A DNA stretch of 64,000 nt, from NCBI GenBank assembly GCA_965644295.1, contig CBFFRP010000064.1:1-64000 (forward strand), read 5' to 3'. Shown piece after piece: positions 62,523 to 64,000 of this stretch. The notes beneath the pieces are model-generated. The model saw only the letters and a list, made by a program, of their open reading frames with translations. It made no database searches and was not told the origin of the DNA. Each line of letters begins with the position of its first letter. The first letter of the stretch is position 1. Both the position numbers and the translations under genes were made by a program. The DNA is from Paraphysomonas bandaiensis (taxonomy: Eukaryota; Protista; Chrysophyceae).

Positions 62523-63215
62523 ATGAATCCTCCATTCACGTCTCCGTCAATTCCTATTAACAACACTACACCAGAGCTAGTGACTGTTCCAACTCCCCCT
62601 CCAAAGCAACTTAAACCAGTTGAAGTGAGTGATGTAAAATCTCACCACATTTGGAAGCATAATGGTGGTAAAGTAGGGTATACTAGCCATAATATGTGGG
62701 GGAAAACTATCACTCAGGAACGGAAGGAGAAGACGAGAAGAAGTCACGCATATGGTGTCGAGATCCGCGACCTACCTGCTGACCATGTTCTCTGCGGGGA
62801 ACAAGGACTTTTTGCTACGAAACGTTTTGAAAGGTTTGACGTTATTGGAGAATACACTGGGCGTATTGTTGACTCGGATGTTGGTGGCCACTATGTGGCG
62901 TGCTTGGAAGATGTATCTTACGATGAATCTCTCGGTGTAGATGCAGCGGATATTGGAAATGAGCTTAGATGCATAAATGCATATCAGGGTATTGGAGAAA
63001 AGGCGAATGCGAAAATGAGAACAGCTTACATTAATTCTTTTCCTCACGTCATTATAATATGCACGGAAGACATTGAAATTGGAGAAGAAATACTACTAGA
63101 TTATGGCGAAGCATACACTAATATGTATTTAAAACCTGTGGAGAAGAAATACACTCCAATGGTGTGTTGGAATGAGTTACCAGGTGGTGATTGTTCCTCA
63201 GATGATGAAGAATAG
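62523..63215 (+). CDS. SET domain protein (lysine methyltransferase-like)
   Basis: GLFA, IGEYTG, GNELRCIN, DIEIGEEILLDYG. Confidence 0.92.
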   Translation: MNPPFTSPSIPINNTTPELVTVPTPPPKQLKPVEVSDVKSHHIWKHNGGKVGYTSHNMWGKTITQERKEKTRRSHAYGVEIRDLPADHVLCGEQGLFATKRFERFDVIGEYTGRIVDSDVGGHYVACLEDVSYDESLGVDAADIGNELRCINAYQGIGEKANAKMRTAYINSFPHVIIICTEDIEIGEEILLDYGEAYTNMYLKPVEKKYTPMVCWNELPGGDCSSDDEE

Positions 63216-64000
63216 ATTATATTTTCTGTCTATATAATTTCTATTGATAGAGTTTTTGTAGGTTCCTGTAGAGTACAACGATTTCTACTGTTGTATCATA
63301 TGTGTATCAACTTGTATACACGCCATCGATATAGCGAATTACTATACAGTTTTTAAATAAAGCGAATTATTATTGCTTTTATTTGAGTATATTATGGCGT
63401 TATGCATACATTTACTTCATACTATTTCTGTTACAACTTCTGTTATCTTAACACTTCACTACATATTCATGTAACATCGGGTGAAATATCTGTTCTCAGC
63501 AATCATTTGTTCCAGTCCCTCCAATATCTTATGTACTAGTCACACATCAGTAACTGAATTTAATTCCTTGTAACGACAATCACCCGTTACACGTACGAAT
63601 TGACTTAACCTATTGACCTATTACACATTAATAACTCACATCAATTCCACATCATATTTCAAAACTCAACATACTCAAAGCTGAGAATTATAAATTCATT
63701 GCTCATAAATGATCAGTAACTCTTATTATTCACAACATAGCCATTAACGTTTACCATGCCCTGCTGGTGCTGTACCGAATTAGTAGCTACAACTCAGAAA
63801 TATGGTAGCCTACGAACTAATTCTAAAGCATAAATTGGATTTTGCATCGGGATGACATTGGAAAAAATTGCTGCATGGAAAACAACAGCTTATAAATCGA
63901 ACTTAATTTAGACTGCTTCATAATAAAAACTGTCCTTATTGATTCTATGAAACATTTTTCCACTTGACTTCTCCATACAACACGCACTCAACGCAACAGG

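Overview
Eukaryotic genomic DNA with GT-AG introns mostly 45-56 nt long. The gene content suggests a stramenopile/ochrophyte-like protist, which is inference only. The window opens in the pol and 3' LTR of an apparently intact Ty1/Copia element. It then carries about 16 host genes: Tim17/NDUFA11-like, SnoaL/NTF2-like, dynein light chain LC8, JmjC, VOC/glyoxalase, ankyrin repeat, MLO-EF-hand, hybrid histidine kinase, ADCY10-like soluble adenylyl cyclase, 2OG-Fe(II) oxygenase, PH-PH-DysF, membrane-anchored PPK2, Kir channel, SET domain and three hypotheticals. These are interspersed with decayed hAT and PIF/Harbinger transposons, hairpin MITEs and a ~950-bp (GTAT)n array. The most notable signal is a dispersed ~500-bp non-coding retroposon family with at least 6 copies or fragments plus tail remnants. 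Its complete copy (12284-12783) has a 12-bp TSD, begins with an HDV-like ribozyme fold resembling the trypanosomatid L1Tc/ingi 5' signature, and appears to contain a second degenerate signature. It ends in a structured 3' tail shared with RNase H-bearing LINE fragments in the same window, making it a candidate SIDER/RIME-like ribozyme-headed SINE-LINE system outside trypanosomatids. Other leads are a JmjC protein with a halogenase-type H-x-A metal motif, a Kir channel with a non-canonical filter, and an intron-containing bacterial-type PPK2.
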